From an uncultured Gammaproteobacteria bacterium (GTDB lineage Bacteria; Patescibacteriota; Microgenomatia; Levybacterales; UBA12049): 64,000 bases of DNA. A model generated the notes under the pieces. The model was not told the origin of the DNA. It worked only from the letters and a program-made list of their open reading frames with translations, and did no database searches. Both the position numbers and the translations under genes were made by a program. Every line of letters begins with the position of its first letter. Positions within the stretch are counted from its first letter, which is position 1. The stretch is from positions 149,731 through 213,730 of the forward strand of contig CAZERI010000002.1 in NCBI GenBank assembly GCA_964515545.1, read 5' to 3'. This document shows, piece after piece, positions 1 to 9,535 of the stretch.

Positions 1-1920
1 AAAAGAGAAAAAGGAAATTAAGAAGCCAGCTATAAAAGAGGTTGAGTGATAAGTAAACGTATAGGTATGCTCTCCTTTTTCTAACGGTATATTCAAAAAG
101 TCATTTTTTAATAATTTCAGATTTTGTTTATTGTCAATAACTGCTTTCCATCCTGGAGCAAACGATTCTAAAATCAGGAGCGTCTGGTTATTTTTTGTTG
201 AATCAGCTGTAACAGTTATTTTATCAGGCATTATCTCAACATTTTTTAGATTCATATTTTCTGTCGAGATTTTTTTCAACTTTCCTGCAGCTCCAGAATA
301 TATGTCAACATAAGCAGTGTAATTTTTATTCTTGTATAGCTTGCTACCCTTACTTCCTTGATAAATTTTTTTATAAGTAATTGAGCTTGGAGGCTTAGAT
401 GTTTTAGGAAAAATATAATACTTTGGAGCAATAGCTAAGTAGCTGTTTGGGCTTAACGAATAGGTTTTTTTCAAAAGATAGCCATAGTTATGATTATAAA
501 TTAGTTGCTCATTGTTAATAGCTGGATATATCGGAACTCCGTCTGTAAAGAACTGACTTTGTCCGATGAGGTAATAACTATCATCAAGCTTTTTTACTTG
601 ATTAAGTATGTCTTGTAAATCACTGATTGGGGGAGTGTATATAAAGCTATTTCTATAAATTTTGGCATTAAATGAAGCTAAAACGTTCAAAAAATTTATA
701 GATAATATAGCAATTATTACGATCTTTGTTATTCTGCCCTTTGTTTTGTAAAAGTAGTTCAAGACTATAGCATTAAGCGTAAGAATGACTGGAATTAGGA
801 AAAGAAATATCCTGCTTGGAATTCTAAACTGTTGAAGAAAAGAAATATTGTTAAAGATCCAAGTAAAGGGATTTAGGGGGCTTCCTAGCATCGAAAAGCT
901 GATTATCACAAATAGTAAAAAGGAAAAAATTTTAAGCTCGCTTAACGCCCCTTTTTTTATAATAAAAGGGATTAAAAATAAACAGAAAAACGGGAGAGAT
1001 CCAATAAAAGCATAACTCTCCCACCAAAAATATGGGGTGTTTGGGTTAAAGTTGCTAATCCCAAATATTAAATATAATCCGTTATAAGGGAAAAACAAAT
1101 TATATAATAAGCTAATAAAGCTCTGAGAGCCTCTAAAAGGGTCACTTACATGCAATATATAAGTACTTATTTCTGTAAGAGGTAGTATCTTCACAGCAGA
1201 AAAAAACATAAATAAAAAACACGAGATTAAGAGAAATAAGATTTTAGGTATATATTTTTTGTCTTGCTTTACGATAAAGATGCCTATATAAAGAATAATA
1301 ATTGATCCTAGTACTATAAAGGCATAGAGTGTTTCATATATTGCTCCAGAAAAAACGAATAAAGTTAATATTCCTGCTACTATTCCAGACCATTTTATAC
1401 CACCTTTTTTTAGCAAAATTAAAATGGAGAGTAACAGTAAAGGTACTAAGGGGTATGAAAGAATTTTTTCTAAATGGCCTGCATATATTCGAGCTGCCAT
1501 ATAACCACTCGACATAAATGTAAAAGAAAGAGGTAAGGATATATTCCTCTCTATATTTAATTGTTTGAGAAGAAAATAGAAAAACAACCCTGATAGAAAA
1601 ATAGAGATTATATAAGTAAGTTTTATTGAGATAAATAAAGGGAATACGAGGAATGTTAATAGAATAATTGGATTATAAAAGGTGTTTAGCGGGTCTGCTA
1701 CTATTGGTATTCCTTCATTTAAAAGTGGATTCCATTTTGGAAATACCCCGTGTTCAATTAGCATTTTTTTTATATATACGAGATTAACTACATTACCTGA
1801 TAAATCGTTTGTTTTTAGGATAGAACCATCCATAATGAATGGTAAGCAGATTATGATAGTGATAATAAAAATCAAGATAATGTTGAGACGATTGGCTCTA
1901 ACTATGCTCATCATTTCCAT
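1..1920 (-). CDS. polytopic membrane protein, GT-C-fold (ArnT/PMT/YfhO-like) putative glycosyltransferase; C-terminus runs off the window start
   Basis: Uninterrupted minus-strand frame from ATG at 1920 (MEMMSIVRANRLNIILIFII...) down to position 1 (spot-checked codons at 1-60 and 1861-1980). Highly hydrophobic with many TM helices and an acidic first loop. Paralogous blocks (FPxW, SIKL, GH) shared with ORFs 58779..60308 and 61264..63081. Plus-strand ORFs 131..313, 1329..1517 and 1682..1975 are short antisense artefacts. Confidence 0.5.
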   Translation of the reverse strand, partial: MEMMSIVRANRLNIILIFIITIIICLPFIMDGSILKTNDLSGNVVNLVYIKKMLIEHGVFPKWNPLLNEGIPIVADPLNTFYNPIILLTFLVFPLFISIKLTYIISIFLSGLFFYFLLKQLNIERNISLPLSFTFMSSGYMAARIYAGHLEKILSYPLVPLLLLSILILLKKGGIKWSGIVAGILTLFVFSGAIYETLYAFIVLGSIIILYIGIFIVKQDKKYIPKILFLLISCFLFMFFSAVKILPLTEISTYILHVSDPFRGSQSFISLLYNLFFPYNGLYLIFGISNFNPNTPYFWWESYAFIGSLPFFCLFLIPFIIKKGALSELKIFSFLLFVIISFSMLGSPLNPFTWIFNNISFLQQFRIPSRIFLFLIPVILTLNAIVLNYFYKTKGRITKIVIIAILSINFLNVLASFNAKIYRNSFIYTPPISDLQDILNQVKKLDDSYYLIGQSQFFTDGVPIYPAINNEQLIYNHNYGYLLKKTYSLSPNSYLAIAPKYYIFPKTSKPPSSITYKKIYQGSKGSKLYKNKNYTAYVDIYSGAAGKLKKISTENMNLKNVEIMPDKITVTADSTKNNQTLLILESFAPGWKAVIDNKQNLKLLKNDFLNIPLEKGEHTYTFTYHSTSFIAGFLISFFSF

Positions 1921-2295
1921 ATCAGAATTATGTATTGAACAAGGATTAAAAGCAACAGCTTTAACTAAATTATAAAAATAGTAATAATCCTAAGGATAAG
2001 GCTATAGTATTGATAAGCTGCTGAGGATCTAAGATACTGAATGTATAACTGTTGTGAACATTAAAGAACTACTCGCTTTAAAGAGATTTTCTTTTGGTCA
2101 TTTACTTCTTCTATTTTCTTTTGCTCTTACTCCAATTCTTTTATTTAGTAATAAGGTCGGTAGTGCTGAACTCAGTGCAGCATGGGCATTTATTTATCTT
2201 TCAGTGGCTATAGTTGAATCTGTATTACCTCTTCATAAGAGGAAATAATTTAGAAGTAATTATTAAATTAACTCCTAAGATGCTACAATTAGCTC

Positions 2296-3228
2296 ATGCT
2301 AAGTATAGTTGTCCCTGTCTATAACGAAGAGGAGAGCCTGCCTCATTTTTATGAGGAGCTGGTCAGAGTCCTCAAAGCACTTAACAAAGACTATGAAATA
2401 GTCTTTGTTGATGATGGCTCCAGAGATAAATCCTTCTCAATACTTCAGGAACTCGAAGCGAAAAATAAGCATATCAGAGTATTCTCATTCAGACGCAATT
2501 TAGGTAAAGCAGATGCTCTCTCTCTTGGCTTTCTTAAAGCAAAAGGAGATATAGTCATCACTCTTGATGCGGATCTCCAAGATCAGCCTTCAGAAATTCC
2601 TAACTTTTTGGCAAAACACAAGGAGGGTTATGATGTCGTCTGCGGTTGGCGTAAGAATCGTAAGGACGCTTCTAAAATGAAGATGATCTCTCGCCTCTTT
2701 AACTATACACTTAATAAGGCTTTTGATCTCATGGTCCATGACTATAACTGCGGTATGAAGCTTTATACTGCAAGTGCTGCGAAAAGTCTTCACCTCTATG
2801 GCGGTCTTCATCGATTTATCCCTATTCTAGTCTATGAACAGGGATACTCTGTAACAGAGATGGTGGTCCACCACGAACCGCGCAAGTTCGGCAAGTCTAA
2901 GTACGGATTTTCAAAAATCTTTAAAGATCTTCCTGACATGTTTACGATGTTATTCCTTGTGAAATACATGAAGCAGCCTCTGCATTTTTTTGGGGGAGTC
3001 GGAGGAGTACTCTCTGCAATAGGGATGCTAATCCTTTTTTATCTCACAATCCTTCATTTCTTGGGTGAGTCTATTGGAAGACGGCCTCTTCTGATCTTTG
3101 GAGTTTTACTAGTGGTAACAGGCTTACAGGTATTCTTTACAGGCTTCCTAGCAGAGCTTCTTATCAATCTTTCACAGCGCGGGGAAAGACATAGCTATCC
3201 TCTGAAATACGTGTCTAGTGATAACTAA
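2296..3228 (+). CDS. GT2 polyprenyl-phosphate sugar synthase (DPM1/Ppm1/GtrB/ArnC family) with two C-terminal TM helices
   Basis: VVPVYNEEESL, VFVDDGSRD and DADLQDQP (DXD) motifs. About 230-aa GT-A domain followed by two hydrophobic helices, which is the typical dolichol/undecaprenyl-phosphate glycosyltransferase architecture. Confidence 0.85.
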   Translation: MLSIVVPVYNEEESLPHFYEELVRVLKALNKDYEIVFVDDGSRDKSFSILQELEAKNKHIRVFSFRRNLGKADALSLGFLKAKGDIVITLDADLQDQPSEIPNFLAKHKEGYDVVCGWRKNRKDASKMKMISRLFNYTLNKAFDLMVHDYNCGMKLYTASAAKSLHLYGGLHRFIPILVYEQGYSVTEMVVHHEPRKFGKSKYGFSKIFKDLPDMFTMLFLVKYMKQPLHFFGGVGGVLSAIGMLILFYLTILHFLGESIGRRPLLIFGVLLVVTGLQVFFTGFLAELLINLSQRGERHSYPLKYVSSDN

Positions 3229-3252
3229 CGCTTCAGAATTGACAGACTGCTT

Positions 3253-3822
3253 TTGCTCATGCATGCTAAATGTAATAAGTCTATGCGAATAGGAATAGAT
3301 ATTTCTCAATTAACATACAGCAATACAGGTGTAGCCAACTATTTAACGCATCTTGTGAAGGAACTTACAGTGGCTGATTCTTCAAATGAATATGTCCTTT
3401 TCTATTCTTCCTTACGAGGAAAAATAGATGAAAGCTTTGTCAAAGATCTTACTAAATCTCATGTGACTATTAAGAGCTTTAAATTTCCTCCAATTTTCCT
3501 TGATCTTCTATGGAATAAACTGCATATTTTACCAATTGAAGCACTTATCGGAGAGGTAGATTTATTTATCACCTCAGATTGGGTTGAACCACCTGCCAGA
3601 AGTGCGAAAAAAGCTACTATTCTTTACGACCTTATCGTCTATAAATATCCTCATGAATCAACTGCAAAAATCGTTGAGACTCAGAAAAGGAAGCTGAAAT
3701 GGGTTAAAAAAGAGACCCAGGCAGTCTTTTGTATCTCAAAAGCGACTATGAAAGATGCAATTGAAATCCTTAAAATTCCTCAAGAAAAACTTCACGTTAT
3801 TTATCCTGGTTTTACCATGTAA
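3253..3822 (+). CDS. truncated GT4 glycosyltransferase (N-terminal Rossmann domain only, ends at the V-Y-P-G hinge); possible pseudogene or split GT
   Basis: MRIGIDISQL...ANYLTHL N-terminal GT4 signature. The ORF stops right after HVIYPGF, where the C-terminal catalytic domain should begin. A full GT4 starts 2 nt downstream. Confidence 0.45.
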   Translation: MLMHAKCNKSMRIGIDISQLTYSNTGVANYLTHLVKELTVADSSNEYVLFYSSLRGKIDESFVKDLTKSHVTIKSFKFPPIFLDLLWNKLHILPIEALIGEVDLFITSDWVEPPARSAKKATILYDLIVYKYPHESTAKIVETQKRKLKWVKKETQAVFCISKATMKDAIEILKIPQEKLHVIYPGFTM

Positions 3823-3823
3823 T

Positions 3824-4954
3824 ATGATTATCGGAATTGATGCCAATGAAGCAAACGTAGAAAAAAAAGTAGGAATCAGTGAGTATGTCTACCAGTTACT
3901 GCTGCAGTTTCACGCAGCTGCATCAGATAATAAAAAGTTTGTTATTTACCTCAAAGATAAGCCCCGTGAGGATTTCCCGAAAGAGTCTCCCAATTGGGAG
4001 TACAAAGTAGTGGGTCCTCATAAAATGTGGACTCAGATGGGGCTTCCTCTTAATTTATTCCTTACCAAAGTTAAGCCAGATGTCTTTTTCTCTCCTGGCC
4101 ACTATGCACCTCGCTTCTCTCCTATCCCGACAGTTATATCTATTATGGATTTAGCTTTTTTTCATTTTCCGGAGTATTTTACCCAGAAAGATCTAGCCCA
4201 GCTTAAAAGTTGGACTAACTACTCAGTTAAGAAGGCTAAGGCTGTCATTACCATCAGCGATTCTACTAAAAATGATATAATTAAGCTGTACGGTGTCCCT
4301 GATAAAAAAATACATGTCGTTTATTTGGGGATTAAAAATGCGCTGACTCTCACACCGCACATCTATCCTATGCAGGAGTTGCAGACTAAATACGGAATAA
4401 GCAAAGACTTTATCCTTTTTGTGGGTACACTACAGCCACGAAAAAATATCCAGAGACTCATCCAGGCTTTTGCAGAGCTTCTCAAGCAAAAAAAATATCA
4501 GGATTCACCTCATCAGCTGGTCATCGTAGGTAAAAAAGGCTGGCAGTATGATGAGATCTTGGCTGCTCCAAAGAAGCTTGGTATTGAGGATAGAGTGAAG
4601 TTTCTGGATTTTGTCCCCGATGAGGAGTTAGTGATGCTGTATAAGAATGCACTTTGCTTTGCATGGCCAAGCCTGTATGAAGGGTTTGGTCTTCCAATTC
4701 TTGAAGCGATGAAGCTGGGATGTCCGGTAATTACCAGTAACGTCAGCAGTATGCCAGAAGCAGGAGGAGATGCTAGTCTCTATGTCGATCCCGAGGATAC
4801 TGAGGACATCGCAGAGAAACTTGATAAGGTACTATCTGATCCTAAGCTTCGTTCAGAAATGATCGAAAAAGGTAAAAAGCAGGTCCAGAAATTTAGCTGG
4901 GAGAAGACAGCTAAAGAGACCTTGGCTGTTTTAGAAGAGGTAGCGAGAGTTTAG
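3824..4954 (+). CDS. GT4 (group 1) glycosyltransferase
   Basis: MIIGIDANEAN N-terminus. C-terminal domain has the E-x7-E-like region (FAWPSLYEGFGLPILEAMKLGCPVITSN). The ORF-track start at 3755 is an out-of-context N-terminal extension, and ATG 3824 immediately follows the stop of the upstream ORF. Confidence 0.85.
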   Translation: MIIGIDANEANVEKKVGISEYVYQLLLQFHAAASDNKKFVIYLKDKPREDFPKESPNWEYKVVGPHKMWTQMGLPLNLFLTKVKPDVFFSPGHYAPRFSPIPTVISIMDLAFFHFPEYFTQKDLAQLKSWTNYSVKKAKAVITISDSTKNDIIKLYGVPDKKIHVVYLGIKNALTLTPHIYPMQELQTKYGISKDFILFVGTLQPRKNIQRLIQAFAELLKQKKYQDSPHQLVIVGKKGWQYDEILAAPKKLGIEDRVKFLDFVPDEELVMLYKNALCFAWPSLYEGFGLPILEAMKLGCPVITSNVSSMPEAGGDASLYVDPEDTEDIAEKLDKVLSDPKLRSEMIEKGKKQVQKFSWEKTAKETLAVLEEVARV

Positions 4955-4966
4955 TTCTTAGATGAT

Positions 4967-5017
4967 AGGTCTTAGGTCTTAGGTCTTAGGTCTTAGGTCT
5001 TAGGTCTTAGGTCTTAG
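4967..5017. repeat. perfect heptanucleotide microsatellite (AGGTCTT)x7 plus a partial unit, intergenic
   Basis: Read directly: seven uninterrupted AGGTCTT copies at 4967-5015. They lie between the GT4 stop (4954) and the acetyltransferase start (5047). Confidence 0.95.
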
Positions 5018-5046
5018 TTTATATCTTAAGAAAAATACAAACACAT

Positions 5047-5601
5047 ATGATTCGGAAAGTAATTAATCGAATAAATACAGTTGCTAATGAGTATGTGCTT
5101 TTTTGGCTTCATTTAGTGGGAAGTATTCCTTCCCATCACCTCCGCCGGTTTTTTTATCGTCTTTCAGGGATGAAGATTGGGAGAGGTTCAACGATCCACA
5201 CTGGGGCTAAGTTCTATCAGCCACTTGGTATACGAATTGGTAAAGATTCCATCATTGGTGAAGGAGTAGTACTGGATGGGCGAGGAACACTTGAGATTGG
5301 TGATCATGTAGATATTGCTTCAGAAGTGATGATTTACAACTCTGAGCATGATATCCATGATCCAAACTTCGGTCCTATCACCCAAGCTGTGAAAGTTGAA
5401 GACTATGTCTTTATCGGCCCACGGGCGATTATTTTGCCTGGGGTGGTGATTGGGAAAGGAGCAGTCGTCGGAGCCGGAGCGGTAGTTACTAAAGACGTCA
5501 AGCCATTTATGGTGGTTGGCGGAGTTCCAGCTAAAGAGATAGGAGAGCGGAGAGACCAGAATCCTTCTTATAAGTTGGGGAGGGCTGCATGGTTTCGTTA
5601 G
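5047..5601 (+). CDS. hexapeptide-repeat (left-handed beta-helix) sugar O-acetyltransferase, WbbJ/LacA/MAT-like
   Basis: Repeated [LIV]-G-x-x-x-x hexapeptides (IGKDSIIGEGVVLDG..., IGPRAIILPGVVIGKGAVVGAGAVV). Size about 184 aa. Confidence 0.85.
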   Translation: MIRKVINRINTVANEYVLFWLHLVGSIPSHHLRRFFYRLSGMKIGRGSTIHTGAKFYQPLGIRIGKDSIIGEGVVLDGRGTLEIGDHVDIASEVMIYNSEHDIHDPNFGPITQAVKVEDYVFIGPRAIILPGVVIGKGAVVGAGAVVTKDVKPFMVVGGVPAKEIGERRDQNPSYKLGRAAWFR

Positions 5602-6440
5602 TTATCCTCTCTTATAATAAACGAGAATTAACCTCAAGCTGCCTTACTAGTATTTATAAGCATATTCCTGAGAAAGAATGTGAAGTAATTGTTGTCGATA
5701 ATGCCTCAAGTGATGACAGTGTAGAGTATATTAAAAAGCATTTTCCTCAAGTAAAACTCATAGAAAATTCAAAAAACGCAGGTTTTGCAGGAGGATGTAA
5801 TCTAGGAGCAAAACGTGCTTTGGGAGAGTATGTCTTATTTCTTAACAATGATGCGGAAGTCGCCAGTGATCCGCTTCCTCAGATGATTGAGGTCTTTGGA
5901 AAACATCCTGATACGGGAATTGTGGGAGGACTTTTGGTAAATCATAATGGCAGTCTCCAGCGTTCATTTGGATCATTTTATACAGTTGTGAACGTCGCTT
6001 ACCTTCTTTTTGCAGGTGAGAGCGGAGAATTAAAAAGATTCCACAGTAATGATGTTACCCCAACTGATTGGGTGAGTGGTGGTTTTATGATGGTAAAGAG
6101 AAGTATTTTTGAGAAGGTAAAAGGATTTAATGAATCGTATTTTATGTATATTGAGGATATGGATCTTTGCTACAGAGTTAAGAAGGAGGGTTATGAAATC
6201 TATAACACACCTTTTGCCCGAGTGAGACACCTAGGCCAGGGAAGCACTAATAAGGCATTTGCGATAGTACATATTTTTGAGGGACTTCAAATTTTCTATA
6301 AACAGCAAAGAAGTGCTTTCGAATATTACGCAGTTAAGCTATTATTATTTATTAAGGCAGTCTCTGCTTTACTTATTGGTGTGGTGACGATGAATAAATA
6401 TCTTGTCACGACATATAGAGATGCGCTTAAGACATTATGA
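5589..6440 (+). CDS. GT2 family glycosyltransferase (rhamnosyl/galactofuranosyl-transferase-like, soluble)
   Basis: LVILSYNKRELT, VIVVDNASSDDS and FLNNDAEV (DXD-like) motifs of GT-A family 2. Confidence 0.85.
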   Translation: MVSLVILSYNKRELTSSCLTSIYKHIPEKECEVIVVDNASSDDSVEYIKKHFPQVKLIENSKNAGFAGGCNLGAKRALGEYVLFLNNDAEVASDPLPQMIEVFGKHPDTGIVGGLLVNHNGSLQRSFGSFYTVVNVAYLLFAGESGELKRFHSNDVTPTDWVSGGFMMVKRSIFEKVKGFNESYFMYIEDMDLCYRVKKEGYEIYNTPFARVRHLGQGSTNKAFAIVHIFEGLQIFYKQQRSAFEYYAVKLLLFIKAVSALLIGVVTMNKYLVTTYRDALKTL

Positions 6441-9400
6441 GATTGTTACGCTGGATTAAAGCTAATCCATTATTACTTATTACCCTTTTTCTTTTTGCAT
6501 TTATCCCTCTTTATCCAAAATTGCCACTTCTGGATATCAAAAATACGTGGGTATATATAAGGGTTGAAGATTTCCTTGTAGCTTTTGCCTGGTTAGTATT
6601 TTTTATTGCGTTTATTCGCAAAAAAGCGACTCTTAAAACGCCATTATCTATCCCTATCCTTATCTTTTGGATCGTCGGAGCAATTGCTACAGTTTATGGT
6701 GTACTGTTTATCTTCCCAAAGCTTGCCAATGTCTATCCCAATTTAGCTTTTCTTAATTATCTCCGCCGTATTGAATATCTTTCTGTTTTCTTCCTTGCTT
6801 ATTCATCAATAAAGAAAAAAGAGGCGATTACTCCTATTATGATTACTCTTTTTGTTACCATGCTTGCAATTTTCTTGTATGGAATAGGACAAAGGATGTT
6901 TGGATTTCCTGCCTTTCAGACGATGAATGAAGAATTTGCAAAAGGAATTCCACTTAGGCTTTCGGCGCTCTCCAGAATTCCATCTACCTTTGCGGGGCAT
7001 TATGATTTAGCTGCTTATTTAATCCTCCTTATTCCAGTTCTAGGAAGTATGATCTTTGGCTATAAAAAGTGGATTGTGAAGATCCTCTTTTTTCTTCTTA
7101 CGACCGCGAGCCTCGTCCTTCTCCTGATGACTGCCTCGCGTGTGTCATTTGCAGTGTATATGGTTTCAATTGCTCTCATGCTTATCTTCCAAAAACAGAA
7201 GAAGTTCATTATTCCTGTCTTTATCTTAAGTATTCTCCTCTTAAAATCCTTTACAGGAATTTCTCAGCGTTTTGCTGCTACATTTACTCAAGTAGATCTC
7301 GTTGTTGACTCGCGAACCGGTAAGGCTATAGGAGTTGCATCAGAATATGGAAATGGAAATATCGTTATTTCTGACGAGTTATCAAATGGGGAGAATTTAC
7401 CGACAGGCTCCCGCTATATTAATCTGGCAGGAGGAGGACAAGGACAGGACTCAAATATTACTTACAAAAGACTTGTCCCAGGGTCTGGCCAGCAGGAAAT
7501 CATAACCAAGGCAGGTAAGGTAATCGTCAAGAAAGCCTTTGCTTATGACGTCTCATTTACTACGCGTTTTCAAGGCGAATGGCCAAATGCTATCAAGGCT
7601 TTTGAGAGAAATCCACTCCTCGGGAGCGGATATTCATCCATTACGCTTGCTACAGACAACAGCTTTCTCCGCATGCTGGGTGAGACCGGACTCTTAGGCT
7701 TTTTCTCCTTTATCAGTATTTTTGTCTTTGTGGGAATTTATCTCATACGGCTGGTCCCTGAGATTGACGATAGGCGTATTAAAAGTCTTATTTGGGGCGT
7801 ACTAGCAGGAAATATAGGACTTGCGCTTAATGGGACACTTATTGATGTCTATGAAGCATCAAAGGTGGCTTTTGTTCTATGGATTTTACTTGGCGTAACA
7901 CTTGGTCTAGCACATCTTTACCAAAAGAAAAAGATTGATTATCTCTTAGATCTTCGTAAGATTTTTACCTCAACACCAGCATTTATTGTAGGGATAGTCG
8001 TTGTTGGTTTTTTGGTTTTTGCAGGATCATTCTCAAATTACTTTACCGCTGATGATTTTACCTGGCTTCGCTGGGCAGCTGATTGTAAGCAAATTATTGA
8101 GCAGACAGGTCTCCAACAGTGCGGTTCTCTTATCTCAACGATTACTCATTACTTCACTAACTCTCAAGGATTTTTCTATCGTCCTGGTACCAAAGCGTAT
8201 TTCTTGATAGCGTATCCTATTTTTGAATTATTTCCGTCTCCTTTCCATGTGGTTTCATTCATGCTCCATTTGACAGCAACAATTCTTATATTCTTCATTT
8301 CTAAAAAACTCCTCAAGAGTCAGATCTATGGCTTTTTAGTCGCAATTTTCTTCCTCTTTTTAAGTGTGCATGCAGAAGCACTTTATTGGATTTCAGTTAC
8401 TGGGCACTTAGTGACTGCAGTCTTGATACTTTTTGCATTTCTCTGCTTTATCTACTTTAGGGAGACAAAAAAGAAAATCCTCTTCGCTCTTGCATGGGTA
8501 GCAGTATTTATCTCTATGTTTTTCCATGAATATGGTACGACAGGTCCGCTCCTTCTTATAGCTTATGATTTAATTGATGATTGGAAGATGGCGGTTAAGA
8601 AACCATTTGCTAAATGGTATTATCTTTTGCTCCTCCTTCCTATCGGTTTATATTATTTTCTTCGTGTCATCTCTCAGAGTGTGTGGTTCCAGGGAGACTA
8701 TAGTTACAATATCGCGAAGCTGCCGTTTAATGTCATAGGTAATACACTTGGCTATGTGAGTGCATCCGTCGTGGGACCGGTTATCCTGCCTTTCTTTACG
8801 ACTCTGAGAACTTCGGCAGCACACAATCTCCCCCTCACTGCAGTTGCTGTATTAGTAGGAATAGCAGTTGTTGGAGGAGGAGTATGGCATGTGAGAAGAT
8901 CATTCAAGAAAGACAGTAGTAAAATGCTTTTATTATCAGGAGCCTTATTTATCATTCCGTTACTTCCATTTTTAGGGCTTGGCAATATCAGTCCTCGGTA
9001 TGCATATCTCTCTTCATTTGGAGTTGTTTTTTTCATTGGGTATATTCTTCAGCAGTTCACAAAAGAAGAGAAAAAATATAAAGTTACTTTTGCCTTAGTT
9101 GCTTTAATTAGTGTTGTTTTTGTTTCACTCCACTTTAGTCAGCTAAATAAGATAAATAAAGACTGGAATAAGGCAGGTGCTATAGTCAATAACACGCTTG
9201 TTGGTATCAATTTGGCCTATGCTCAACCAGGAAGTCTCCCTCGCAATCCTATTTTCTATTTTGTAAATATACCTATTAAATATGGCGATGCATGGGTGTT
9301 CCCGCTTGGTCCGCAGGATGCTCTATGGTTCTCATTCCAGGATGTTCCTCTTCAGACAATATTAACGAACTCTGAAAAAGGAGCAGAGGATTTAGCTGAC

Positions 9401-9535
9401 AAACATCCAAACGTAAGTGTATTCATGTATGACAAGGAGGGAAGTATCGGACAGTACACACCTCCTCTAACACCTACCCCAACTCCAGGATATAAGGTAA
9501 AGACAGTAGTTAGTCCTACTCCGTATGTTAAATAA
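6437..9535 (+). CDS. fusion protein: N-terminal O-antigen ligase/polymerase (Wzy_C) domain plus C-terminal GT-C-like polytopic domain, with a Pro/Thr-rich C-terminal tail
   Basis: Wzy_C signature NPLLGSGYSSITLATDNSFLRMLGETGLLGF in a 12+ TM N-terminal half. C-terminal half (from about aa 530) has a DDFTWLRWAAD loop and a hydrophobic core resembling the DWHSWRQAD loop of the next ORF. Ends with PPLTPTPTPGYK. Confidence 0.7.
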   Translation: MRLLRWIKANPLLLITLFLFAFIPLYPKLPLLDIKNTWVYIRVEDFLVAFAWLVFFIAFIRKKATLKTPLSIPILIFWIVGAIATVYGVLFIFPKLANVYPNLAFLNYLRRIEYLSVFFLAYSSIKKKEAITPIMITLFVTMLAIFLYGIGQRMFGFPAFQTMNEEFAKGIPLRLSALSRIPSTFAGHYDLAAYLILLIPVLGSMIFGYKKWIVKILFFLLTTASLVLLLMTASRVSFAVYMVSIALMLIFQKQKKFIIPVFILSILLLKSFTGISQRFAATFTQVDLVVDSRTGKAIGVASEYGNGNIVISDELSNGENLPTGSRYINLAGGGQGQDSNITYKRLVPGSGQQEIITKAGKVIVKKAFAYDVSFTTRFQGEWPNAIKAFERNPLLGSGYSSITLATDNSFLRMLGETGLLGFFSFISIFVFVGIYLIRLVPEIDDRRIKSLIWGVLAGNIGLALNGTLIDVYEASKVAFVLWILLGVTLGLAHLYQKKKIDYLLDLRKIFTSTPAFIVGIVVVGFLVFAGSFSNYFTADDFTWLRWAADCKQIIEQTGLQQCGSLISTITHYFTNSQGFFYRPGTKAYFLIAYPIFELFPSPFHVVSFMLHLTATILIFFISKKLLKSQIYGFLVAIFFLFLSVHAEALYWISVTGHLVTAVLILFAFLCFIYFRETKKKILFALAWVAVFISMFFHEYGTTGPLLLIAYDLIDDWKMAVKKPFAKWYYLLLLLPIGLYYFLRVISQSVWFQGDYSYNIAKLPFNVIGNTLGYVSASVVGPVILPFFTTLRTSAAHNLPLTAVAVLVGIAVVGGGVWHVRRSFKKDSSKMLLLSGALFIIPLLPFLGLGNISPRYAYLSSFGVVFFIGYILQQFTKEEKKYKVTFALVALISVVFVSLHFSQLNKINKDWNKAGAIVNNTLVGINLAYAQPGSLPRNPIFYFVNIPIKYGDAWVFPLGPQDALWFSFQDVPLQTILTNSEKGAEDLADKHPNVSVFMYDKEGSIGQYTPPLTPTPTPGYKVKTVVSPTPYVK

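Noticed and set aside
131-1975. Plus-strand ORFs 131..313, 1329..1517 and 1682..1975
   Set aside because: They lie antisense to a continuous, strongly hydrophobic minus-strand gene that runs from 1920 to the window edge. They are low complexity and have no motifs, so they are most likely shadow ORFs.
3755-3823. N-terminal extension of GT4 ORF 3755..4954 (MQLKSLKFLKK...)
   Set aside because: It overlaps the upstream ORF in another frame. The conserved GT4 N-terminus MIIGIDAN starts at ATG 3824, right after the upstream stop.
4967-5017. Heptamer repeat as a CRISPR array
   Set aside because: The units are contiguous 7-mers with no spacers and no cas genes, so this is a microsatellite and not a CRISPR array.
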